A stretch of DNA of 64,000 nt. It comes from Patescibacteria group bacterium. GTDB taxonomy: Bacteria > Patescibacteriota > Patescibacteriia > JAHIZJ01. The notes under the pieces are model-generated. The model did no database searches. It had not been told where the DNA came from and was given only the letters and a program-made list of their open reading frames with translations. The stretch spans positions 5,788 to 69,787 of the forward strand of contig JBAZLK010000006.1 of assembly GCA_041650335.1 (NCBI GenBank), read 5' to 3'. Positions 10,189-19,325 of this stretch are shown here, one piece after another; position 1 is the stretch's first letter, and each line of letters starts with the position of its first letter. Both the position numbers and the translations under genes were made by a program.

Positions 10189-10216
10189 TTGACAGTTGTT
10201 GTTCCTCGGTTATAAT
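10189..10216 (+). promoter_or_regulatory. sigma70-like promoter (TTGACA-16 nt-TATAAT)
   Basis: ttgaca at 10189-10194 and tataat at 10211-10216. No annotated + strand gene lies downstream. Confidence 0.4.
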
Positions 10217-10221
10217 AAGAA

Positions 10222-10547
10222 CATTCCAGCCCCTGGCGATTGGCGAAAGCAATGACGCCTTTGTCAGCGGGCCGGAATCTATGCTAAGGGAACGCACATT
10301 CGCTGATCGGTCAACGAAACTGTACGCCGAAAGAGCTTCCCGGCTCAGCATGATGAGAACCGAGCGCGTTGACCGCCGTTCACGACGGACAGGCTGCCTG
10401 ATCATTGACCACGGCGCGTGGTCTTTGTCGAGCCTGCCCGATTTTTTATGCATATCAGTAAATCAGATCGGAATGATAATAAAAAGGCGAGAGTAAGATT
10501 TATTTTTCTTGATGCTTTACAAATGCCGGGTCGGCACCCGGCATTTG
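10222..10547 (+). ncRNA. candidate non-coding RNA (unknown family)
   Basis: Starts just downstream of a consensus promoter. GC-rich and structured, with a GACCACG-GCG-CGTGGTC hairpin and a perfect 12-bp hairpin caaatgccgggt-cggc-acccggcatttg followed by U-rich sequence. No ORF of 60 aa or more on this strand that is not a shadow. Confidence 0.25.
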
Positions 10548-10580
10548 TTATTTCACGAATTTTTGTGCGGCAATAAGAAG

Positions 10581-12032
10581 TTATGGCTGTTCGGGCGGTG
10601 CCTCCTTGGTCGGAAAAACAACCTCGCGATTCATGGTCATCACGGTTTTCGGCCGGTTATGGAAAGCATCGGGTGAAAGTAGGTCCTCCACCAGCGTGCC
10701 CTTGTCGAACGTACCGATGTGGATACCAGCGCCAGCGGCAGCCGCTTGTTGAAGCATTTCTTTTTTATAGACCGCGGCAGCCAATGCGAGCGAAGAACCC
10801 GTATGACCGCGCAAAATCTCCATCACCCTTCCTTTCGGTGGCCATTCGTTGAGAAGATGCATCTCTTCCATCCAACCGCTGAGTGAGCGCAATTCGTCAT
10901 TTGAATACCGGCTGGCCAGTCCAAGTCGTTGTAATACTGCTCCAATCTGTTGCGCGCCGCGGCCGAGATGGAATAGCGGTACAGTCTGAAAGGCGAAACG
11001 GACCTGTTCGCGTTCTGGATTTTGCCGGCTGAGCTCTTTTTCAGCCGTATCGATCGCATAAAGGGCTTCCGGCCGACCCGTTTGAATATAGGTGTGACCA
11101 GTGACGCCAGCCGTATCGAGCGCACCAAGAATATTTCTTATAGCTGCGCTGTTTTCGCTTGATACCTTGAAGTGGAGAAAAAGCTTAAGTCCGCGCCGGG
11201 CGTTCCGTGGAGCGTGCGGATCTGCCGGCAGGAGTTCGCGAATAGTATCAAGCAGGGTGGCCAGGGCCGGCGCCTGCTCCAACGCTTTTTTGCTATGCGC
11301 GTGCGTGACAACCGGCTCGCCGTCTTTATTTAAACGCACATCAAATTCAAATCCACCGATTCCTTGTTGCAAGTTTTCGCCGATTTCTTCAACGCGATAG
11401 GCGGGGTCTTTCAGGACAAATTTCGCGAGCAAACCGAGCGATCCGAGCTGATCAAGTTTCTCAGCGACTTTTTCTGTTGAAGCGCCGAAAAGGCGTTTTC
11501 GTAACGGTTCAAAACTGCCACGGTGGAGGATGACCCGTCGTCGTGGCAGGTATTCCTGGACCATACGTTTCAGAACGGTACGCTGTGTACGTCGGATGAT
11601 AGTCTCGGCGATCGATGAAAAATCCGAAGCGAGATTCGGCAGGGCGTCGGGTAATTCAGTTAATAGATGATTGGCGCGCTCGCCAAGTTTTTCAAAAGAA
11701 AAACCCTGCCTGAGCGTTTCATCCAGCGCCTCGGCGATCGGACGAAGTTCTTCGCCGGTAACGCCATACCGCTCCTTGATATCCGACCACGATAGAAAAA
11801 CTTCTTTTCCTTCGCTATCGTATGTGCCCGAGCCGAAGCGCATATCGGCGCAGTAGGCGTCAGGATCGTTCCGAAGCAATTCAAGCTCTTCGGAGAGTAC
11901 CGCGGTATAGTGATCTTGCTGGTGCTCACGGAACCACGCAGGTAAATGGGGCGTCTCCGGAGAAGGATTGCCGGCTTTTTTTAATACGTCACCCTCTCTT
12001 GGCTGCCAAGATGGTTCGCCGGTTTCTTTCAT
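10581..12032 (-). CDS. glycerophosphodiester phosphodiesterase (GDPD) family protein with N-terminal extra domain
   Basis: GDPD catalytic motif GFEFDVRLNKDGEPVVTHAHS. The start is placed at MKETGEPSW (ATG at 12032). The track ORF extends to 12200 but its first 56 codons are Pro-rich and implausible. Confidence 0.65.
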   Translation of the reverse strand: MKETGEPSWQPREGDVLKKAGNPSPETPHLPAWFREHQQDHYTAVLSEELELLRNDPDAYCADMRFGSGTYDSEGKEVFLSWSDIKERYGVTGEELRPIAEALDETLRQGFSFEKLGERANHLLTELPDALPNLASDFSSIAETIIRRTQRTVLKRMVQEYLPRRRVILHRGSFEPLRKRLFGASTEKVAEKLDQLGSLGLLAKFVLKDPAYRVEEIGENLQQGIGGFEFDVRLNKDGEPVVTHAHSKKALEQAPALATLLDTIRELLPADPHAPRNARRGLKLFLHFKVSSENSAAIRNILGALDTAGVTGHTYIQTGRPEALYAIDTAEKELSRQNPEREQVRFAFQTVPLFHLGRGAQQIGAVLQRLGLASRYSNDELRSLSGWMEEMHLLNEWPPKGRVMEILRGHTGSSLALAAAVYKKEMLQQAAAAGAGIHIGTFDKGTLVEDLLSPDAFHNRPKTVMTMNREVVFPTKEAPPEQP

Positions 12033-12077
12033 AATATGATAATAATGTCGACGCAGCCCAATATTGAATTCATATAC

Positions 12078-12101
12078 TACTGGTGCCCTCGGAGGGAATC
12101 G
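12078..12101. repeat. 24-bp direct repeat identical to the 3' end of tRNA-Arg(TCG) (att-like remnant)
   Basis: tactggtgccctcggagggaatcg at 12078-12101 is identical to 12241-12264, which covers the tRNA 3' acceptor/T-arm. Confidence 0.8.
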
Positions 12102-12243
12102 TGTCCTGGGCAGCGGCGGACTTGCCACCGGCAACTCCGTCGGCGTCTCGCAGCGCCCTTCGGGCGAGCTCACTGCTGCCCGTTCGATTCTTAAACCCAC
12201 TTTTCTTCAATAGCACTTACTATATTTGTGTCATTGCCCTTAC

Positions 12244-12318
12244 TGGTGCCCTCGGAGGGAATCGAACCCCCATCACTGGTTCCGAAGACCAGCGCATTAT
12301 CCATTATGCTACGAGGGC
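12244..12318 (-). tRNA. tRNA-Arg (anticodon UCG)
   Basis: Reverse complement GCCCTCGTAGCATAATGGATAATGCGCTGGTCTTCGGAACCAGTGATGGGGGTTCGATTCCCTCCGAGGGCACCA, with anticodon loop CTTCGGA. Confidence 0.85.
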
Positions 12319-12418
12319 AAAATTCAGCCGCAAAATAAGCAGCAAATCACGCTCACATTTGCCAATACGAGAAAGAATGCCTCCTCCTATTGGATTGAAA
12401 GCTTATGCAAAGGCCGTT

Positions 12419-12784
12419 TTAGGCGGCGGGCGGCGTCGGAGTCGGTTCGGCGGGCGGCGGTGTTGCCGCCGGTGGACTGGCTGGCTCAGTCGCGGCTGGC
12501 GCGCTACCTTGTTTCAAGGCGTCTTTCAGGGCTTTACCGGCCTTAAATTTCGGCACGGTCACAGTCGGGATTTTGATCCGTTCGGACGGATTTTGCGGGT
12601 TGACGCCCATGCGCGCGTGACGTTCTTTGGCCAGAAACGTGCCGAAGCCAGTCAGCGTTACTTCACCGCCGGCCCGGAGCGTTTCATAAGTGATGTCTTC
12701 GAACGCCTGCATCACGTCTTCGGCCTGCTTTTTTGTGACGTGGGCTTTTTCCGCCAATTTTTCCATGAGTTCGGCTTTGTTCAT
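12419..12784 (-). CDS. hup: HU-family nucleoid protein with C-terminal Pro/Ala-rich tail
   Basis: MNKAELMEKLAEKAHVTKKQAEDVMQAF...GFGTF...RHARMGVNPQNPSERIKIPTVTVPKFKAGKALKD, then a PAATEPASPPAATPPPAEPTPTPPAA tail. Confidence 0.9.
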   Translation of the reverse strand: MNKAELMEKLAEKAHVTKKQAEDVMQAFEDITYETLRAGGEVTLTGFGTFLAKERHARMGVNPQNPSERIKIPTVTVPKFKAGKALKDALKQGSAPAATEPASPPAATPPPAEPTPTPPAA

Positions 12785-12822
12785 ATGTGTTGGTCACCTC
12801 CTTTCAAAGGTGTATATATTTA

Positions 12823-13635
12823 TTATACGTCGACTTCTTGATGAATTGATTCGATTGAGAGGGCGTGACTCGTTTTCGGGTCGACTTTTACGACAATTCC
12901 ATTGATGCTGACCAGTCCGTTTTCCGGTATTGTGTGAGTGAAGGGTTGTTGGGTCAGAAATGATTTGATAATTTCATCTTTGTCCTCGCCGAGCACCGAA
13001 TCCTTCAGCCCGATCATTCCGACATCGGTGATATAGGCGGTACCCCGGGGCAGAATTCGTGCGTCGGCCGTGGGAATGTGGGTGTGGGTGCCAAAGACTA
13101 GGGAGGCCCGCCCATCCGCGTACCAGCCGAGCGAGACGGCTTCGGATGTGGCTTCAGAGTGGATGTCAACAATGATCGCATGCGGCTTCTTCGATTCATA
13201 TTCCTTTAGGATCGCGTCGAGCGTCCGAAAGGGATCGTCAAAATTCTCAGTGAAGAAGACGCGGCCGTTCAGATTGATCACGAGGATGTGTTTCGTACCG
13301 ACGGTCAGCAGACGGCTGCCGACGCCCGGCGTACCCGGTGGGTAGTTGGCTGGTCGGAGCAAGACCGGTTCAGGTTTTGTCAGCAGGTCAATCACCTCTT
13401 TTTTCTTGAAGACATGATTGCCAGAGGTGAAGAAATCGACGCCAGCCGCTTGGCACTCGGCGAGCGTTTTTTCAGTCACACCGACACCATGGGCGATGTT
13501 CTCGGCGTTCGCGATGACCAGGTCGGGATCGTATTTTTTTCGAAGCGCTGGAATGACCTGAGCGAGCGCGGCTCGGCCGGGCCGGCCAAAAACGTCGCCG
13601 AAAATCAAGAATGTGAGCGGTCGGCTAGCGGGCAT
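12823..13635 (-). CDS. ymdB: YmdB-like metallophosphoesterase (2',3'-cyclic-nucleotide phosphodiesterase family, TIGR00282)
   Basis: LTFLIFGDVFGRPGR...NAENIAHGVG...GNHVF...GTHTHIPTAD are the YmdB calcineurin-like motifs. Lies directly downstream of rny, as in Firmicutes. Confidence 0.8.
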   Translation of the reverse strand: MPASRPLTFLIFGDVFGRPGRAALAQVIPALRKKYDPDLVIANAENIAHGVGVTEKTLAECQAAGVDFFTSGNHVFKKKEVIDLLTKPEPVLLRPANYPPGTPGVGSRLLTVGTKHILVINLNGRVFFTENFDDPFRTLDAILKEYESKKPHAIIVDIHSEATSEAVSLGWYADGRASLVFGTHTHIPTADARILPRGTAYITDVGMIGLKDSVLGEDKDEIIKSFLTQQPFTHTIPENGLVSINGIVVKVDPKTSHALSIESIHQEVDV

Positions 13636-15151
13636 ATTCGGTCACCCGTTTTTCACGGATCAAGTTGACCTTTATTTCACCGGGGTAACGGAGCTCTTCC
13701 TCGATTCGGTTGGCGATATCGCGAGCGAGCTGTTCAGCCTTCAGGTCGTCGATTTCGTCAGGTTTTACGAAGACGCGGATTTCGCGGCCGGCCTGGATGG
13801 CGTAGGATTTATCGACACCGGGAAAGGTATTGGCCACACCCTCGAGCTCGTTCAAGCGTTGGAGGTAGTTTTCATAGGTATCTTTGCGGGCTCCGAACCG
13901 GGCACCCGAGATGGCATCGGCCACTTTGCAGATAATCCCTTCAAGTGTTTTTGGCGCATCCTCGTGGTGAGCCAGGGCGAGATAGGACACGTCTTCCGGC
14001 AGGTTGAACTTGCGCATGATGTCGTAGCCGATCTGCGGATGACTGCCCTGGACTTCGTGATCGATCGCCTTGCCGATATCGTGGAAGAGACCACCTTTTT
14101 TACAGACTGAAACGTTCGCGCCAAGCTCTGAAGCTAACATGCCGGAGAGTAAGGCGACTTCGATCGAGTGTTTTAAGACATTCTGGCCATAGCTGGTTCG
14201 GTATTTCAACCGGCCGAGCAGCTGGACTAATTTCGGATCAAGTCCGGCCACGCCGACCTCATAAACTGCTTCTTCGCCCGCTTCCTTGATATCCCGGGCC
14301 AGCTCTTTCTTTGCCTGTTCGACTGTTTCTTCGATCCGGGCAGGGTGGATGCGGCCGTCCTGAATGAGTTTTTCCAGAGCGCGCTTCGCCAGGTGGCGCC
14401 GGATCGGATTGAAGCCCGAAACCAGGATTACCTCGGGCGTGTCGTCGACGATAATTTCCACGCCGGTCAACTGCTCGATTACTTTTATGTTTCGGCCTTC
14501 GCGGCCGATGATCCGGCCCTTCATTTCGTCGGAGGGCAATGAGACCGACGTTGTCGTTGTTTCGGCCGCATGCGATGAAGCACAACGCTGGATCACAACG
14601 CTGAGCAGATTGCGGGCCTCGTTCTCGATTTCCTCCTGGCCCTGCTGCTTCACCTTTTTAATGCGCTGGAGAATGTCGTCTTTTATCTCTTGTTCGGTCT
14701 TGTCGAGAAGATGGCGCTTGGCTTCATCAACGGACATACCCGAAACTTTCTGCAATTGTTCAAGTTGGCTAGCCTTGATCTGTTCAATCTCTTTCTTGAT
14801 TGAATCAAGCCGCTGGGCGCGTTCATAAATCTTCTGCTGGCGACTCTCGAGTTCCAGCAGTTTCTGATCGAACATCGCTTCGCGTTTTTCGAGACGATCC
14901 TGGAGGCGGTGTGTTTCCTGGCCGCGCTTCGCTTCCTCGCGCTTCGCTTCGTCGATAATCTTAATCGCCCGATCCTTGGCCTCAAGGAGCAGTTCTTTCT
15001 GTTTGTTTTGCGCTTGCTTAATTAGTTCCTGAGCCTTGACTTCGGCTGAGTCTGCTTTTCGCGAGGCGAGTATTTTTTGGATCAAAAATCCGAGTGCGCC
15101 GCCAACTGCCAAACCAGCCACAATCAAGACACCTAATAGTGTCCCTGACAT
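13625..15151 (-). CDS. rny: ribonuclease Y
   Basis: N-terminal TM helix, coiled coil, KH domain (IIGREGRNIKVIEQLTGV) and HD domain (LFHDIGKAIDHE...HH). Confidence 0.9.
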   Translation of the reverse strand: MSGTLLGVLIVAGLAVGGALGFLIQKILASRKADSAEVKAQELIKQAQNKQKELLLEAKDRAIKIIDEAKREEAKRGQETHRLQDRLEKREAMFDQKLLELESRQQKIYERAQRLDSIKKEIEQIKASQLEQLQKVSGMSVDEAKRHLLDKTEQEIKDDILQRIKKVKQQGQEEIENEARNLLSVVIQRCASSHAAETTTTSVSLPSDEMKGRIIGREGRNIKVIEQLTGVEIIVDDTPEVILVSGFNPIRRHLAKRALEKLIQDGRIHPARIEETVEQAKKELARDIKEAGEEAVYEVGVAGLDPKLVQLLGRLKYRTSYGQNVLKHSIEVALLSGMLASELGANVSVCKKGGLFHDIGKAIDHEVQGSHPQIGYDIMRKFNLPEDVSYLALAHHEDAPKTLEGIICKVADAISGARFGARKDTYENYLQRLNELEGVANTFPGVDKSYAIQAGREIRVFVKPDEIDDLKAEQLARDIANRIEEELRYPGEIKVNLIREKRVTEYAR

Positions 15152-15291
15152 AGTGTTGTTCCGTTGTTAGTGAGTAAATACCGTACATATCGCCATAGTA
15201 TCACAGGGGCTAAGTCTAGGCAAGAAATCAGACCGGTTTATATGAAAACCGCGACGAAACCGCCGCGGCTTTCGGCTCTGTTTTGTCGAGC

Positions 15292-15870
15292 CTATTTTTT
15301 GATGATTTTGTCAACGATGCCGTAGGCGAGCGCTTCCTCGGCAGACATGAAGTAGTCCCGGTCGGTATCGTGTTCAATTTTCTTGAGTGTCTGGCTGGTA
15401 TGTTGGGCGAGGATTTTATTCAGGCGATCCTTTACCTTGATAATATGCCGGGCGCGAATATCAACATCGATCGCCTGACCTTCGGCGCCGCCCATGACCT
15501 GGTGGATGAGCACTTCGGCGTTTGGCAGGATGAAACGCTTGCCTTTCATGCCGGCGGCCAACAAGACGGCGGCCATGCTTGCGGCAATGCCGATGCAGAT
15601 CGTCGAAACCGGCGCCTTCACGTATTGCATCGTGTCGTAGATTGCCAGACCGGCCGTGACCGAACCGCCCGGCGAGTTCAGGTATACCTTGATTTCCTTA
15701 TTCTTATCCTCGCTCTCGAGGAACAGAAGCTGGGCCATGACGGAGTTGGCAACCGTATCGTCAATCGGCGAGCCGATGAAGACGATCCGGTCTTTCAGCA
15801 AGCGGGAGTAAATGTCATACGCTCGTTCGCCGAAATTAGATTTTTCGATAACTGTCGGTATGAGATACAT
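15292..15870 (-). CDS. clpP: ATP-dependent Clp protease proteolytic subunit
   Basis: Full-length ClpP signature: [21 protein letters not shown], catalytic region [14 protein letters not shown]. Confidence 0.95.
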   Translation of the reverse strand: MYLIPTVIEKSNFGERAYDIYSRLLKDRIVFIGSPIDDTVANSVMAQLLFLESEDKNKEIKVYLNSPGGSVTAGLAIYDTMQYVKAPVSTICIGIAASMAAVLLAAGMKGKRFILPNAEVLIHQVMGGAEGQAIDVDIRARHIIKVKDRLNKILAQHTSQTLKKIEHDTDRDYFMSAEEALAYGIVDKIIKK

Positions 15871-16070
15871 AAAGTTTTTTTAAATTCTAATATCGAATTT
15901 CTAATGTCCCAAATTCAAATGTTCAAAATATCATGATGTTTAGAAAGCTTATTTGCATTGCGTTTTGGATTTTGGTCATTTGGATATTCGGATTTGTTTC
16001 GAAATTCGTGCTTCGGATTTCGTGCTTATTCCAAAAGATTGCCCAGTCGTACAGATTATTATAATCCAAA

Positions 16071-17036
16071 CTATCTGACCTGCCAAGTATTTCCTTCCCG
16101 GACGAGCCGGCCGTGGAGCGTGAAGCCGGCCGCTTTCTTATGCCCGCCGCCGCCGAGACGCTCGGCTAGATTTGCGACGTTAATGCCAGGTTGGGTGCTG
16201 CGCAAGCTCCCTTTTATTACACTGTTCGGCTCTTCCTTCAAGACGAGAATCGCTTTTGGTCCGGCGAGATTATTGAGAAAATTCGCGATGCCCTCAGTTG
16301 CTTCTTCGTCCGCTTTTAGATCAATGAGGTCTTTTTGCAGAATGATCGTGGTAGAGAGGCCAAGGCGGGCGTTATGAGTTAAACGCGACAAGGCCAGGCC
16401 CCAGAGCCGCAAGGTCGGAAGCGATTTCGCGGTCGTCTGGCGAGTGATGGTTTTCAGGCGCGCTCCCCGCAAAAGCAGGTTCGATGAAATTTCAACAACC
16501 GAACGGGTCGTGTTCAGGTGGGCGAAACTCCCGGTATCGTAGACAATGCCCATGAGGAGGCAGGTGGCGACATTTTTGTCATAGGGGATGTTTTGCGTTT
16601 CAAAAAAGTGGTACAGGATTTCGGTGGTGGCGGCCGCCTCCGGCACAATGATATTGATCGTACCGAAGCGAAAATTCGTCGCGTGATGATCAATGTTGAT
16701 AAACATTTTTGTCTTTAATTCAGCCAGCAACGGCTCTGAGAAGGCCAGCATTTTCAGGTCGGCGAAATCAACCCCGATGACAAGGTCGTACTCGGCCAGC
16801 CGCAATTGCCCAAAATCAGCGCTGATCTCCGAAAAACCCGGCAAAAAAGCAAGCTGGGGTGATGGCGGCTTAGCCGTAAAGATGCGATAGCGTTTTCCGA
16901 GTGAGCGAAAATAATGTCCCAAGGCCAGACTGGCGCCGATGCTGTCGCCATCAGAATCTTTTGGATTTAAAACGAGGATGGCGCGGGCAGCCGTGATGGT
17001 GCGCTGTACAATATTCCAAAGCGCGGGGTCAACCAT
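16071..17036 (-). CDS. nrnA: DHH/DHHA1 phosphoesterase (NrnA-like nanoRNase/pAp phosphatase)
   Basis: DHH motifs (LNPKDSDGDSIGASLAL, DHHATN) and a DHHA1 C-terminus (GGGHKKAAG). The start is placed at MVDPALW to avoid a 95-nt overlap with rbfA. Confidence 0.7.
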   Translation of the reverse strand: MVDPALWNIVQRTITAARAILVLNPKDSDGDSIGASLALGHYFRSLGKRYRIFTAKPPSPQLAFLPGFSEISADFGQLRLAEYDLVIGVDFADLKMLAFSEPLLAELKTKMFINIDHHATNFRFGTINIIVPEAAATTEILYHFFETQNIPYDKNVATCLLMGIVYDTGSFAHLNTTRSVVEISSNLLLRGARLKTITRQTTAKSLPTLRLWGLALSRLTHNARLGLSTTIILQKDLIDLKADEEATEGIANFLNNLAGPKAILVLKEEPNSVIKGSLRSTQPGINVANLAERLGGGGHKKAAGFTLHGRLVREGNTWQVR

Positions 17037-17376
17037 GGCCTTTTTGAATTTGATCAAGCAGGCGCTCAATCCGGTCAGCGCGGTCTTCGGAGATATCAAG
17101 CTTCCAGGCGATCTTCGGGACAAACCGCATGACCAAGCGGTGATTTAATTGCGACTGGATGTCAGCGATATGGATGATAAGTTTATGGAGCACGGTCTTC
17201 GCTTGTTCGGGCGGATAGACCTTGATCCAGATCTTGGCGTGTTCTAAATCGACCGAGGTGTCCACCTTGCTCACCGTGACAAGACAATTCGCCGGGAATT
17301 CAATTTCCCGGGCCAGGAGAGTGCCGAGCTCAACGCGCAGGAGCTCGTTGACTTGCGCGATGCGTTTACTTGCCAC
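17029..17376 (-). CDS. rbfA: ribosome-binding factor A
   Basis: 115 aa; RIAQVNELLRVELGTLL...VTVSKVDTSVDLEHAKIW is the RbfA KH-like fold signature. Immediately downstream of infB. Confidence 0.85.
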   Translation of the reverse strand: MASKRIAQVNELLRVELGTLLAREIEFPANCLVTVSKVDTSVDLEHAKIWIKVYPPEQAKTVLHKLIIHIADIQSQLNHRLVMRFVPKIAWKLDISEDRADRIERLLDQIQKGHG

Positions 17377-17377
17377 G

Positions 17378-19216
17378 TTACGCGATAATAAGTTTTTTCT
17401 TGCGAATTTCTTCGCGGTATGACTGCAGGATGTCGCCGACGGCCGGCAGGGCTTGGAGCTTGAGCTTCAGTCCGCATTCGCGGCCAGCACCGACGTCTGC
17501 AACATTCTGTTTTTCCAGCTGAACCTGTTCGATCTTGCCGGTGGCGACGAGGGATTGGTTGTGAAGCAGGGCAACGCTGGTACCGGTGGCGATTTTTCCG
17601 CTCGTAACTTTTCCGCCCGCGATGACCAGCGGAAGCTTCTGGCGAAATATTGCCAAAACCTTTAGTTCGCCGAGCGTCTCGCGGATAACCTCTGGTTCGA
17701 GCATCTTCTCAAGTTCGGCGATGACAGTATTGATCAGATCATAAATGACCGTGAAGGTTTGAATCGTAAATTCTTGGCCCTTCGCGACGTCCGCTGCCTG
17801 CGGCGAGACCGCGACATGGAAGCCAAAAAGCATGGCTTGCGAAGCAGTCGCCCGAAGTACGTCAGCTTCGGTAATATTACCCAGGCCCTTCGCGACGACT
17901 TCAACGGAAGCCTCGTCACTCTTTATTTTTTTCAATGATTCGACGATCGCTTCGAGCGAGCCGAGTGTGTCAGCCTTGAGCACTAACGTGAGTTTTTTCA
18001 CCTTTGGCTTGGCCTCGCTCTCGCCCTTGTGTTGCTCGACGTCTTTTTTTGTAATATGGACTGTCGCCGTCGATGGTTTGTATGATTTCTGCTTCTTGAT
18101 TTTTGTCAGCTCTTTTTGATCGATCACGGTCAGGATGTCTCCGACCTTCGAAGCGGTTTTCAGACCGATTATTTCAACCGGCTGGGAGGGAATCGCTTTC
18201 GTTATCGGTTTGCCGAGATAGTCGCGCATGTCTCTGACCTTGCCGCCGATGGTCCCGCCAACGGTTATTAGATCATCGATTTTTAGCGTCCCGGTTTGGA
18301 TGACCACCGTGGCCACTGCGCCCCGGCCCTTGTCGATATGCGATTCGATTACAGTGCCGATTGCATTCCGTTCTGGGTTGGCCATCAGCACCTGCTTATT
18401 CATATCGGCCACCAGCAGAACAACATCGAGCAACTCGGTAATCCCCTGTTTTTGCTTGGCGGAAATTTCGCAGACAGGCACCTGACCGCCCCAGCCTTCG
18501 ACGAGAACGTTGTGGGCGGACAACTCTTGGCGAACCTTCTGCGGATTCGCTCCCGGCACATCCATTTTATTGATCGCCACAATCATCGGGAGCTGGGCTT
18601 CCTGCATGATGGTGATCGCCTCGATGGTTTGCGGCTTCACGCCGTCATCAGCGGCCACCACGAGGATGGCTAGATCCGCCACCCGGGCGCCACGCGAACG
18701 CATCGCGGTAAAGGCTTCATGTCCGGGGGTATCGATAAAAGTGATCCGTCGTCCCCGTTCAACCGCCTGATAGGCGCCGATGTGCTGGGTGATGCCGCCC
18801 GCTTCTTGATCAACAACATTTGTCTGACGGATAGCGTCGAGGAGCTTTGTTTTTCCATGATCAACGTGGCCCATGACAACCACCACGGGCGGTCGCGCCT
18901 GGAGCTGCTCCTGGGCTTCGGTGCCGACGAGAGCCTGCATTTTTTCAGCGTGTTCGTCGGTCTCACCTTTCAGAACAACCTCATAGCCCATATCCTGTCC
19001 GATGATGGCGGCGGTTTCAAAATCAATCCACTCGTTGAGCGACGACATCACGCCGCTTTTCATGAGCTGGGCAATAACATCAGTCACCGGCCGTTTCATT
19101 TTTTCGGCCAGCTCGCGGACGACGATCTTTGACGGTATTTCAATTTTGTTGGAATTCGTTGTTGCCATGGTTTGAAGACTTCCACGTATTCTACAGAGTA
19201 CCACCTTTTTTGTCAA
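17378..19216 (-). CDS. infB: translation initiation factor IF-2 (short form)
   Basis: GTPase domain with GHVDHGKTKLLD, DTPGHEAF and NKMD, plus the C-terminal IF-2 beta-barrel domains. Confidence 0.95.
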   Translation of the reverse strand: MTKKVVLCRIRGSLQTMATTNSNKIEIPSKIVVRELAEKMKRPVTDVIAQLMKSGVMSSLNEWIDFETAAIIGQDMGYEVVLKGETDEHAEKMQALVGTEAQEQLQARPPVVVVMGHVDHGKTKLLDAIRQTNVVDQEAGGITQHIGAYQAVERGRRITFIDTPGHEAFTAMRSRGARVADLAILVVAADDGVKPQTIEAITIMQEAQLPMIVAINKMDVPGANPQKVRQELSAHNVLVEGWGGQVPVCEISAKQKQGITELLDVVLLVADMNKQVLMANPERNAIGTVIESHIDKGRGAVATVVIQTGTLKIDDLITVGGTIGGKVRDMRDYLGKPITKAIPSQPVEIIGLKTASKVGDILTVIDQKELTKIKKQKSYKPSTATVHITKKDVEQHKGESEAKPKVKKLTLVLKADTLGSLEAIVESLKKIKSDEASVEVVAKGLGNITEADVLRATASQAMLFGFHVAVSPQAADVAKGQEFTIQTFTVIYDLINTVIAELEKMLEPEVIRETLGELKVLAIFRQKLPLVIAGGKVTSGKIATGTSVALLHNQSLVATGKIEQVQLEKQNVADVGAGRECGLKLKLQALPAVGDILQSYREEIRKKKLIIA

Positions 19217-19325
19217 TATAAAAGCCCTGCGAGCGAATCGCAGGGGGGTGAGCGGTCGATTGACCGTGGTGCAGTTGACGATCAGGTCTTCGGATTCAGG
19301 CGGTGGGACGCGTCAGGTAGTGCGT

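Noticed and set aside
10172-10453. 93-aa minus-strand ORF in the 10.1-10.6 kb intergenic region
   Set aside because: It lies between a consensus + strand promoter and a terminator hairpin. Its composition is Arg/Ser-rich and it is antisense to the candidate ncRNA.
12083-12841. 252-aa + strand ORF beginning inside the tRNA-Arg 3' repeat
   Set aside because: It runs through the tRNA gene and antisense to hup. Composition is Arg/Ser/Gly-rich and nonsensical.
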